DNA of 64,000 bases from an uncultured Planctomycetota bacterium (GTDB lineage Bacteria; Planctomycetota; Planctomycetia; Pirellulales; Lacipirellulaceae): positions 1,792,001 to 1,856,000 of the forward strand of contig CAVRBU010000002.1 of assembly GCA_963719315.1 (NCBI GenBank), in the 5' to 3' direction. Shown in pieces: positions 43,953 through 52,632 of the stretch; positions within the stretch are counted from its first letter, which is position 1, and each line of letters opens with the position of its first letter. The notes below the pieces were generated by a model that did no database searches, was not told where the DNA came from, and worked only from the letters and a program-made list of their open reading frames with translations. A program made the position numbers and the translations under genes.

Positions 43953-43968
43953 TGTTTCACGTGAAACG
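43953..43968. promoter_or_regulatory. parS: parS site 1
   Basis: TGTTTCACGTGAAACG. Confidence 0.9.
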
Positions 43969-44010
43969 ACTTCACGGATTGCGGCGACTAGCGTCCATCC
44001 GCGATTTGTG

Positions 44011-44026
44011 TGTTCCACGTGAAACA
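44011..44026. promoter_or_regulatory. parS: parS site 2
   Basis: TGTTCCACGTGAAACA. Confidence 0.92.
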
Positions 44027-44051
44027 CACAAACTGGGGGCAGACTATCGGT

Positions 44052-44067
44052 TGTTTCACGTGGAACG
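44052..44067. promoter_or_regulatory. parS: parS site 3
   Basis: TGTTTCACGTGGAACG. Confidence 0.88.
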
Positions 44068-44485
44068 AATCTGCCGCCGGGCATTCCACCAAGGTCCTTG
44101 CCTCGTCCGTGGGCCCACGGTCAGCGATCGCGTCGGACGTTCGGTTGTACCATACCTGTTGCTGAGCGGCGCACAGGCCCCAGAAAGAGTATTGATTCCA
44201 ATGTCGCTGGCCGCGCGGGCCACGGCTATTGTATGCGATGCTGCCACTGGTAATTGCAGTGGGCGTCGATTTTTTGCTGTCGCCGCCTGCGAGAATTCGC
44301 GACGATCAAGCAAACTGTGTCCTCCCCGATTGAATCGATACGATCGTCGCCACCAGATTGCCGATGACAGTCAGGCAGCATTTCATCAGCTACATGCACC
44401 CGCCAAATGCCGGTGCTGGCGGGGCTGGCGAAGCGGGGCACGATTGCTGGCCCCGTGACGGGCAAGGAAGCCCGGCGGAAGCGGC

Positions 44486-44556
44486 GAGCAGAGGGCAGGG
44501 AGCGGGGAGTAAGAATTAGGAAGGCCTTAGGTCTCCCTGCTCCCCGCCCCCTGCTC
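44486..44556. repeat. Inverted tandem heptamer module (GAGCAGG type)
   Basis: GAGCAGAGGGCAGGGAGCGGGGAG ... CTCCCTGCTCCCCGCCCCCTGCTC just upstream of parB. Confidence 0.7.
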
Positions 44557-44586
44557 CTTGCCAAAAATTTTCAGGGAGGATTGGCC

Positions 44587-45571
44587 GTGTCGAAAGAGCG
44601 ACGCTTAGGACGTGGTTTGGAAGCCTTGTTGGGTCGCGCTTGGGATGATCCTCAATCGCCTGTTGCTCCCACAACCTCGGTCGAGGATCCCGGCGACGCG
44701 CGCCTTTCGCGCGACAAAAATGGCCAAGTCTGGCTCGATTGCGAAGCGATCGCCCGCAACCCGTATCAGCCACGGCAGTTGTTTGACGAGGCCGAGATCG
44801 CCGATCTGGCGGATAGCATTCGCACGCACGGCATTCTGCAACCGCTCGTTGTTCGCCGTTCGGGCGAGGGTTTCGAGCTGATCGCCGGTGAACGGCGGCT
44901 CCGCGCGGCACAAGCCGTCGATTGGCGTCAGGTTCCCGTGCAAATCCGCGACGTGGACGATCGTCAGATGGCCGAGTTGGCCATCGTGGAAAACGTCCAA
45001 CGCAAGGACCTCAACGCGATCGAAAAGGCGGAGTCGTTTCAGCGCTATATCGATCAATATCAATGCACGCAGGAAGAGCTCGCCAGCCGCGTGCAAGTCG
45101 ATCGCTCGACGGTGGCCAACTTGCTTCGCCTGTTGGAACTGCCGGTCGAACGTCAAGCGAATGGTGCAAGAAGGCGAAATCTCGCAAGGCCATGCCCGCG
45201 CATTGCTCCCGCTCGGCGTTGAACGAGAGCAGATCGCTTTCGCGCAGAAAATCAAGCAGGAAGGCCTCTCGGTTCGCGCGACCGAGCAGGGCGTTCACGA
45301 CCGTGTCCATTCGCTGGACGGCAACCAACTTCGAATCGTGGACGCAGACGGCAACTCGCGACCGGTCCAGCGGCCGCGCAACGAGCAAGTAGCTTCACTT
45401 GAACAAGAACTCCGCACTTCGCTGGGCACGAAAGTGGACCTAAGCCAAACGGCCAAGGGCAAAGGCAAGATCACGATCCACTTCAAAAGCCACGAAGAGT
45501 TCGAACGTTTGCGGCAACTGTTAACGATTCCCGCCGTAGCGGCAATCGCGCCGCAGCAAAACATCGCCTGA
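44587..45571 (+). CDS. parB: Chromosome partitioning protein ParB, frameshift near 45145-45151
   Basis: LGRGLEAL, NPYQPR, GILQP, IAGERRLRA, ENVQRKDLN, RSTVANLLRLL; then GHARALL and GKITIHF in a second frame. Confidence 0.93.
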
Positions 45572-45663
45572 CGCGCCCGCCGAGGAGTAGCTGAAATCGC
45601 AAGACTTCAGACGTTAGTCGAACGCTTGAAATCCTTGCGAATTTCGCGACGTCGACATCGATT

Positions 45664-47085
45664 CTATTCCGCCAACGCTTCGACGAGCGGCTTGCCTTCG
45701 GCGTTCGGAATCTCAAGGCCGAGCAGTTTTGCAATCGTGGGCGCGACACTCGTATTATTGATGTCGCCGAGCTGCACGCCGGGCTTAATGCCGGCCCCAC
45801 ACGCGACGAAAATGGCGCGAAGATCGGGCAGGTTCGAGTCATGACCGTGGCTGCCTTTGCGCTCCGGCTTCACATCGTGCGGAATCGAGCCCGCCGCCGT
45901 ATCACCGAAGAAATAGCCCATTTTGGCGAACATCACCATGTCCGGCGCATGCGGATCGCGCCGCGGGTTGGCGATGCCGTACGCTGGAAAATCCTCCGCA
46001 CTGATTACGCTGGCAACACCCTCAACGTCGGTGAAGGCCTCCTTGATCTGCTTGACAATCGATTCGCGGTTGGCGTCATCCACGATGTAGACAAGTGCCG
46101 AGCCACCTTGCGGCACGATCTGCACCGAACCACCAGTGACCCGTCTCCCCGTTGCTTCGACGAGCCCCTTCTCCTTAAGGATTACGTTGGGTAATACACC
46201 CTTCTTGTTGGCCGAAAAGCCGTGGTCGGAGACGATGACCAGTGTCGCCTTTCCGGGAAAATCCTTCCGGACTTCATCCCAAACTTCACGCACTTGTTCA
46301 TCCGCCGCCTTGATGGCCTCATACGCTTCGGGCGACCGCGGGCCGTCGGCGTGCTCGGTATGGTCGACCGCCACGATGTGCAGGAGTGCCAAATTGGGGC
46401 GATGCTTGTGCAGAATCATGTTGAAAACTCGGGTCCACGTTTCGTCCGCGGCAATCCCTTGCGCAAGAGTTTGGGTGCCGATTTTGCCATTGCCTTCTGG
46501 GCTTTGGGTTAGAACGAATCCAGCTTGCTTACATTCATCCAATAAGGCCGGCGTGGTGTATTTCAGCACGAGCACGTCCTCGCCAACGTCTGGACTGACC
46601 CAATCCAAAGCGTGCGCGTTGCGAGTCGCCGGCCAGCGGATGGCGGCCGTCTTCAATCCGGCAGCTTTCGCCAGGTCGTAAATCGTAGGGACTTTCACGA
46701 TGGCGTCTTTGTCAAAGACCGGATCCCAAATCAGCGTCACCTTTTCGCCCGTCACACGGTCGAAATAGTTATTCCCGACGACGCCGTGCAACGCCGGTGA
46801 ATCACCCGTTACAAGCGTGGTGTGATTCGGCCAGGTGACTGTGGGGTTTGACGCGCGCATGCTGGCCGCCTTACATCCTTCAGCGGCCAGCCTGCGAATC
46901 GTCGGCATCTCGGCCGCCGGATCGTCCATGTAGAAATTCGCCAAGCCATCGACGCTCATCAACACGACGATGCGATCCGGATCCGCTACCACTGCGGGTG
47001 TGACGGCAAACGCGGCACCCGTTGCAAATGTCGCGACGCTAACTACCAGCGTGAATGACCAAATCGTAAACCGGCGGATTTCCAT
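45664..47085 (-). CDS. Alkaline phosphatase superfamily nucleotide pyrophosphatase/phosphodiesterase
   Basis: Signal peptide, SVDG, PTVTWPNHTTLVTG, SDHG, GSHG. Confidence 0.9.
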   Translation of the reverse strand: MEIRRFTIWSFTLVVSVATFATGAAFAVTPAVVADPDRIVVLMSVDGLANFYMDDPAAEMPTIRRLAAEGCKAASMRASNPTVTWPNHTTLVTGDSPALHGVVGNNYFDRVTGEKVTLIWDPVFDKDAIVKVPTIYDLAKAAGLKTAAIRWPATRNAHALDWVSPDVGEDVLVLKYTTPALLDECKQAGFVLTQSPEGNGKIGTQTLAQGIAADETWTRVFNMILHKHRPNLALLHIVAVDHTEHADGPRSPEAYEAIKAADEQVREVWDEVRKDFPGKATLVIVSDHGFSANKKGVLPNVILKEKGLVEATGRRVTGGSVQIVPQGGSALVYIVDDANRESIVKQIKEAFTDVEGVASVISAEDFPAYGIANPRRDPHAPDMVMFAKMGYFFGDTAAGSIPHDVKPERKGSHGHDSNLPDLRAIFVACGAGIKPGVQLGDINNTSVAPTIAKLLGLEIPNAEGKPLVEALAE

Positions 47086-47330
47086 GGAACGACACCAAGT
47101 TACAGAATTAGAGACGCGGGTGGATGGAACCAGTCGCTAGATCGAACGCCTGTTCTTATTACTTGTTACTTGGATGATGTTGTTACGTCAACCATTCGCT
47201 CACTTTTGTGCCCTGCAACCTGCGTTGTCGATCCGCTGCAATTCAAGTAATATTCGCCTTTTGGGTCGATCTTCTTTGCGGTCGATCATCGACTTGGGGG
47301 ACGCGGCAAAAACTGCGACGGCCGACATCC

Positions 47331-49025
47331 ATGAATCGAACTGTACCTCAGCGATTGATACCGAAACTCTGGGAAACGCTGCCCGGCTATACGCGGCGGC
47401 GGTTTTTCGCTAACGTCATCGCTGGCCTGACCGTAGGCCTCGTGGCCCTGCCGCTGGCAATGGCCTTCGCAATTTCGTCGGGCGTAACGCCCGAAGCCGG
47501 CATCTACACCGCGATCATCGCGGGCTTTGTCGTTTCGGCGCTCGGTGGCTCGCGTTGCCAGATCGCCGGCCCGACCGGTGCGTTCGTCGTGATCGTCGCC
47601 GGGATCGTGGCGAAGTTTGGCCTTTCCGGTTTGCTGATGTGCACCTTGATGGCCGGTGTCATGCTCATCGCGATGGGTATTACGGGTCTGGGCACCGCCG
47701 TTCGTTTCATCCCCCGATCCGTGACGATTGGTTTCACCAACGGCATTGCCGTGCTCATTGCCTCGACGCAGATCAAAGACTTTTTTGGCCTGTCCGTGAA
47801 TCCAGTTCCGAGTGAATTCGTGCCGCGGATGGCCGCGCTTGCGCGCGCAGCGACCTCCATCAGCGGTCCCGCGACAATTACTGCCGTCACAACTCTGGCG
47901 ATCGTGCTCCTTTGGCCGTGGGTAACGAAAAAGATTCCTGGCTCGATCATCGCACTGTTTGCGATTACGCTGGCGTGCGCCATATTTGCGTATCCGGTGG
48001 AAACCATCGGAACCAAATTCGGCGGCATTCCCACAGGGTTGCCCGCCTTTTCGATTCCAGAGTTTCGCGCTGACCTGATACTGCCCCTTCTTCCGTCCGC
48101 CTGCACCGTCGCCATGCTTGCGGCGATTGAGAGCCTCTTGTCGGCAGTTGTCGCTGACAACATGAGCGGCGACCGCCATAAACCTGATGTCGAATTACTG
48201 GCCCAAGGCTTGGCGAATGTAATCGTGCCAATGTTCGGCGGTATTCCGGCCACCGGTGCGATCGCCCGCACGGCCACCAACATTCGCTCCGGCGCTACAT
48301 CGCCAATCGCCGGAATAGTGCACGCTGTTACGTTGTTGATCATTGTGCTGGCCGCCGCGCCGCTGGCCCGTTATATCCCATTGCCGACGCTGGCCGCGAT
48401 TTTGATGGTTGTCTCGTATCGCATGGGCGAATGGCACGAGATTCCATCGATCTTGCGGCTGTCGGGCGCCGACCGCGCCGTCTGGGCCGCGACATTCGCG
48501 TTGACCGTATTTGCCGATCTGACGGTCGCGGTCGAGGTCGGCATGTTGCTCGCCGCACTGCTATTTATTCATCGCGTTGCATCCACAACGACGGTTGGAG
48601 CTGTCACCGATGAAAACCTGGGCGACGGTGAACCACGCGTGCTGACCGATCGGTACATCCCCGCGTATTGTTCCGTCATCCGCATTCGCGGGCCATTTCT
48701 GTTCGGCGCCACTGAAAAGCTCGATCATGCAACGTCGGACCCCTCGAAATTTGCTTCGATTGTTGTACTAAAAATGACATACATGTCCGCCATTGATGGC
48801 ACGGGTATTCACGCACTGGAAAAGTTGGCCGCCAGATTGCAAGAGTCAGGCCGGTCGCTCGTCCTGTGCGGTACCCAATCGCAGCCAACCGAGCTGATCG
48901 AGCGTTCAAAACTCATCAAGCTTATCGGCCGCCGAAATCTAGCACCCCATCTCGACGCGGCCCTTGAACGGGCAGCAATTATTCAAGGCGGGTTTGATAA
49001 CCCACACGCGCGCGTTTCCGCTTAG
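47331..49025 (+). CDS. SulP family anion transporter with STAS domain
   Basis: AGLTVGLVALPLAMAFAI, GPTGAF, IESLLSA, ATGAIART, GPFLFG. Confidence 0.93.
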   Translation: MNRTVPQRLIPKLWETLPGYTRRRFFANVIAGLTVGLVALPLAMAFAISSGVTPEAGIYTAIIAGFVVSALGGSRCQIAGPTGAFVVIVAGIVAKFGLSGLLMCTLMAGVMLIAMGITGLGTAVRFIPRSVTIGFTNGIAVLIASTQIKDFFGLSVNPVPSEFVPRMAALARAATSISGPATITAVTTLAIVLLWPWVTKKIPGSIIALFAITLACAIFAYPVETIGTKFGGIPTGLPAFSIPEFRADLILPLLPSACTVAMLAAIESLLSAVVADNMSGDRHKPDVELLAQGLANVIVPMFGGIPATGAIARTATNIRSGATSPIAGIVHAVTLLIIVLAAAPLARYIPLPTLAAILMVVSYRMGEWHEIPSILRLSGADRAVWAATFALTVFADLTVAVEVGMLLAALLFIHRVASTTTVGAVTDENLGDGEPRVLTDRYIPAYCSVIRIRGPFLFGATEKLDHATSDPSKFASIVVLKMTYMSAIDGTGIHALEKLAARLQESGRSLVLCGTQSQPTELIERSKLIKLIGRRNLAPHLDAALERAAIIQGGFDNPHARVSA

Positions 49026-49084
49026 AGTGTAGACTGCTCGCTCCGCGAGCAGAAATCCGCTCGCGGAACGAGCGGACGACACTC
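49025..49084. repeat. GTAG-type REP doublet
   Basis: GTGTAGACTGCTCGCTCCGCGAGCAGA ... TCCGCTCGCGGAACGAGCGGACGACAC. Confidence 0.7.
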
Positions 49085-49166
49085 GTCGTTGCCGATACGA
49101 TCCCGGTCGACTAGGATACAGTCTCAGCGGCGAACCTCTCGAGTGAGTCCGCCGTCCTAGTTTTCA

Positions 49167-49240
49167 CGGGGCGTAGCTCAGCCTGGCAGAGCGCTTGGTT
49201 TGGGACCAAGAGGCCGGAGGTTCGAATCCTCTCGCCCCGA
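49167..49240 (+). tRNA. tRNA-Pro (TGG), CCA not encoded
   Basis: Acceptor CGGGGCG/CGCCCCG, anticodon arm CTTGG-TTTGGGA-CCAAG, T-loop TTCGAAT. Confidence 0.97.
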
Positions 49241-49257
49241 CTTTGACTTTCTGACGA

Positions 49258-49524
49258 ATGTCGGATAACTATTTCGCTTACGTGTTGCATAGTGAAGTCA
49301 CAGGACACCGCTACGTCGGATCATGTCAGGATTTAGAAGAACGGCTGCGGCGACACAATGCGGGCGAGTCAAAGTCCACGAAACACGGCGTACCTTGGAA
49401 ATTGGTTTATTGCGAGAGTTTTTGCACAAGGTCGGAAGCGGTAAACCGTGAGCGGTTTTTCAAAACGGGTAAAGGTCGCGACTTCTTGGATAAGATTGAG
49501 CTAGAATGCTTAAACAAGAATTGA
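49258..49524 (+). CDS. Small stand-alone GIY-YIG nuclease
   Basis: YFAYVL...RYVGS...RLRRHN...T...PWKLVY.E...EA..RE. Confidence 0.9.
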   Translation: MSDNYFAYVLHSEVTGHRYVGSCQDLEERLRRHNAGESKSTKHGVPWKLVYCESFCTRSEAVNRERFFKTGKGRDFLDKIELECLNKN

Positions 49525-49598
49525 GCGTGATGCCTCAGCCTGGCTAGAGCGGTCGCCGCGGCGACAGGCCGGAGGTTCGAATCCTCTCGCCCCGACTT
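49521..49598 (+). other. tRNA-Pro-derived pseudo-tRNA without anticodon loop
   Basis: 33-bp exact repeat of 49211-49243 at 49566-49598; D-arm-like CTCAGCCTGGCTAGAGC; anticodon arm replaced by palindrome GTCGCCGCGGCGAC. Confidence 0.85.
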
Positions 49599-49604
49599 CA
49601 TAGA

Positions 49605-49663
49605 GCAGCAGTGGAGTAGAGGAGTAGTGGAGTAGCGATTTTTGACCTTTACTCCACTGCTGC
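49605..49663. repeat. Inverted repeat with tandem GTGGAGTA-type units
   Basis: GCAGCAGTGGAGTA (49605-49618) and TACTCCACTGCTGC (49650-49663). Confidence 0.7.
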
Positions 49664-49678
49664 GCTATTCCTCTTCTC

Positions 49679-50311
49679 ATGAACTTCGATCTTGCGCGGC
49701 ACAACATGCTGGTTGAGCAGTTGGAACGCCGCGGGATTCACGATCCGCGCGTCCTGGAGGCCATGGATTGGGTGCCGCGGCATGAGTTCGTGCCGCGCGA
49801 GCTCGTCGATCAGGCCTACGACGACCGGGCGCTGCCAATCGGCCTGGAGCAGACGATTTCGCAACCGTACACGGTCGCCTTCATGTGCCAGGAGGCCCGA
49901 ATTACTGCCGGCGACAAGGTGCTGGAGATCGGCACTGGTTCCGGCTATTGCGCGGCCGTGCTGTCGCTGCTGGCACGCGAGGTGCATACGATCGAACGCC
50001 TGAAAGCACTGTTTCGCACGGCCCGCTCTCGTCTCGCCCGGCTTGGGTACAATAACGTCCATTGCTATTTGGACGATGGCACGCGCGGCCTGCCAGCCGA
50101 AGCGCCGTTCGACGCGATCGTGGTGGCCGCCGGGGCTGAGGATTTGCCGAAGGCGTATCCCCAGCAGTTGGCCGAGGGCGGCCGACTCTTGATCCCGATC
50201 GGCCCGCCCAGCCGCCAGCAGATGGTCCGCATCATGCGCGTGAGCGGAAAGCTGCAACACGAAGTGCTGGGGAGCTTCGGTTTCGTGCCGCTTATCAGCA
50301 ATGCGGATTGA
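49679..50311 (+). CDS. pcm: Protein-L-isoaspartate O-methyltransferase
   Basis: VPRHEFV, QTISQPY, VLEIGTGSGY, EAPFDAI, FVPL. Confidence 0.95.
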   Translation: MNFDLARHNMLVEQLERRGIHDPRVLEAMDWVPRHEFVPRELVDQAYDDRALPIGLEQTISQPYTVAFMCQEARITAGDKVLEIGTGSGYCAAVLSLLAREVHTIERLKALFRTARSRLARLGYNNVHCYLDDGTRGLPAEAPFDAIVVAAGAEDLPKAYPQQLAEGGRLLIPIGPPSRQQMVRIMRVSGKLQHEVLGSFGFVPLISNAD

Positions 50312-50317
50312 AGGGTA

Positions 50318-50396
50318 TAGGGTGTGTCGAGTCCGCAAGACGGACCGCGAAGGAACCGCTGAAAGTTGGTGTGTCTCGATGACTCGACACACCCTA
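50318..50396. repeat. REP-like element with perfect 16-bp inverted ends
   Basis: TAGGGTGTGTCGAGTC ... GACTCGACACACCCTA between convergent genes. Confidence 0.75.
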
Positions 50397-50401
50397 CAAG
50401 A

Positions 50402-51443
50402 CTAATAGCGGCTCTTCTTTCCCCAATCGTAGCGCACCGCCAGCCAGCCGAGAATCGTGCTGACGATGAAACTAAATACTAGGGCCACGGCGACTTGCTG
50501 GTCCGTTGGGTCGGTAGACAAGGGCGCAACGACCCCAATTGAAGCAGCTTTGGAAGCAGGTACAGAAATAGGCCCAGCAGTACGCTGACGTAGACAACGG
50601 CATTGCTCAAAATTGCGGCATAGACGGCCTGCCGCACGAGGCATGTAGTTGCCACCGCCGCGGCGAATACGGCCACTTGCATCGCCGGAAGTAAGTAGGC
50701 CTCTGAAGGATTCCATGTACGCAGCATCGGAAATCGAAATACCGCCAACAACGCGATCGGTCCATATATCGAAGCCAAGACTACCAGTAGTCCAGTTACA
50801 AAGCGGATCCAGAACCAGGCATCTGGCTGGATCGGGCGCGAGCGCCAGAATTCGTTGACTCTCGGGTTCATATCGTTGAGGCAAACGCCGATTCCGGCGA
50901 CCAGCGCGACGAGGCAACCCACGAATGCGGCCGATGTGAAATAGGCTTCTCCGATGACATTGGTAGGTACCGACGGAAGCTCGTCCAGGCTTGAGAGAAC
51001 GGCCAACATCGTGAAGCCGACGCAGCCGGCAACGCCAGCCAGCGCGATCGGGCCGCTTTCACGAATTTGCTTCCACACTATCGCCGTGAATTGCGAACGC
51101 CTCGGAGAGGGGAGATACTCGGGGCGGGCCGCGTTGCGCATGGCCAATTTGGGCGAACGAACTTCGTTGTTCGGCAACTTGCCAAATCGCCAAATGTAGA
51201 GTGCCATCAAGGCACTGTTTGTGATCGTCGCGGACGTGATGCAGACCGCCAGCGTACCGCGCGGTTCGACGCGAGCGCTCTCGAATGCCTTGAATATGCC
51301 TCCCGGCATCGTGGACAGCCCAGCAATCGACAGCCATCTGATGCGGGCGGCAACCGTCGTCATGTCCCCGCTGCCGGCAGAGTAGTTTGCGGTGAATATC
51401 CAGATTTATACACGGCCTGCAATTCAATCGCTGGTTCATTCAT
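50402..51443 (-). pseudogene. Fused remnant: first ~14 codons of an ABC-ATPase-like gene joined out of frame to the 3' part of an ABC-2-type permease
   Basis: MNEPAIELQAVYKS overlaps the gntR stop (ATGA), then a stop; permease-like AIVWKQIRE and FWRSRPI motifs follow; further frameshift near 50540. Confidence 0.6.
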
Positions 51444-51856
51444 GGCTTTGAATCCTCGATCGCGGCCACCGCGTCGGTTCGCGCAATGCCGTTGGTGGCC
51501 TCTGCCAAAAGTTCGTGCAATTCGTCGGTAGACAGGCCCAGCCCCGTCGCTTGCCGCGCGATTTGGCGTAGTTCGTCGACGAGCCGGGCGCGATGCGCGG
51601 CCGTGCGAGTTTTCGACATGCGGCCGGTGGCATAGGTTCCCTGCCCATGCCGCATCTCGAGCAACCCCTCGCCGCAAAGTCGCTCGTACACTCGGAGCAC
51701 AGTGTTCTGGTTCACCGCCAACTCTCGGGCCAGCTCGCGGACCGAAGGCAGCCGATCCCCCGGCGACACGCCGCCCGACGCGCAGAGCGTCGCAATCTGA
51801 TCGGCGATTTGCCGCGAGATTGGGACGGCCGAGCCTTTTTCAATTCGCAAAAACAT
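51440..51856 (-). CDS. GntR family regulator (YtrA-like)
   Basis: PISRQI, GDRLPSVRELARELAVNQNTV, GQGTY. Confidence 0.92.
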   Translation of the reverse strand: MFLRIEKGSAVPISRQIADQIATLCASGGVSPGDRLPSVRELARELAVNQNTVLRVYERLCGEGLLEMRHGQGTYATGRMSKTRTAAHRARLVDELRQIARQATGLGLSTDELHELLAEATNGIARTDAVAAIEDSKP

Positions 51857-51948
51857 GCTGAAAATCCAGACAAAAGCACAACTGACTACAGTAGTGTAAC
51901 AGTGGTCAGATGGGCCGTCAAGCGATCTATTTGGAGCAGCGAGAATAA

Positions 51949-52362
51949 TTACGTGGCCGAGTGGAATGGATTCACGACTTCCAGGCCGTCAATCACGTTT
52001 TGGCCGCCGAAGCCTTCGGAATAGAGCGTTTCGACGCCTGCTTCAAGGCAGGCGGCGATCAGAAGCGAATCCCAATGCGAAAGACTGGAGCGACTTGTTA
52101 GAAAGATCGCACGGTCAAGTACTTTCCATGTCGGAGGTTCGCACGCCCACAGTTTCATCCACTCGCGAACCGTATCGCACGCGAGGTCGAAATCAAATCC
52201 TAGCGGCGCTAGTTTGCGACTCGCTGAAAGAAATTCGCAGACGACTTGCCAGAGGAGCAGCCCATCGGAGAGGCCAATTACGAGCTCACTAGCTACTCTT
52301 TGCTTGTTCGGATCACGCTGATCGTGAACGTAGATCAGAATATTCGTGTCAACGGCGTTCAT
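51949..52362 (-). CDS. PIN domain toxin
   Basis: VDTNILIY, QVVCEF, WDSLLIAACLEAG..LYSE. Confidence 0.88.
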   Translation of the reverse strand: MNAVDTNILIYVHDQRDPNKQRVASELVIGLSDGLLLWQVVCEFLSASRKLAPLGFDFDLACDTVREWMKLWACEPPTWKVLDRAIFLTSRSSLSHWDSLLIAACLEAGVETLYSEGFGGQNVIDGLEVVNPFHSAT

Positions 52363-52594
52363 GCAGTTCTTCGCGCGTGAATCGTGGAGCGTTGGCCGGA
52401 ATCGGGTTGCTTTGCATCCGTTCGATTAGATCCCGTTTGATTCTTTCTCGCTCCTTGGGATCCGATTCCAAAGGAGGAAGTAAGTGAAATTCCTCGCGAA
52501 CGACGACTTCCACCTCGGTTTCTTCCGGAAGGTTGCAGGGAACGACGGGCACAAATGCGCCGTTTCGGTAGATGGCTCGAAGCGTATCTTGCAT
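52349..52594 (-). CDS. Antitoxin, DUF104/AF2212-like
   Basis: LRAIYRNGAFVP...LPEETEVEV, C-terminal FTREELHER; overlaps the PIN gene. Confidence 0.8.
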   Translation of the reverse strand: MQDTLRAIYRNGAFVPVVPCNLPEETEVEVVVREEFHLLPPLESDPKERERIKRDLIERMQSNPIPANAPRFTREELHERR

Positions 52595-52632
52595 GCTTCA
52601 ATTTCCCGCACTTTGCGATAGTTACACGTGAA

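Noticed and set aside
43895..44458. 187-aa ORF upstream of parB as a possible parA
   Set aside because: No Walker A motif; its FHVKR/FHVER peptides are just translated parS sites.
49521..49595. Second functional tRNA-Pro gene
   Set aside because: No 7-nt anticodon loop and mismatches in the acceptor stem, so it cannot decode. Kept as a tRNA-like element.
49244..52594. Integrase-type genomic island or prophage at tRNA-Pro
   Set aside because: The direct repeat encloses only 355 bp, and no integrase, phage or conjugation genes occur in the window.
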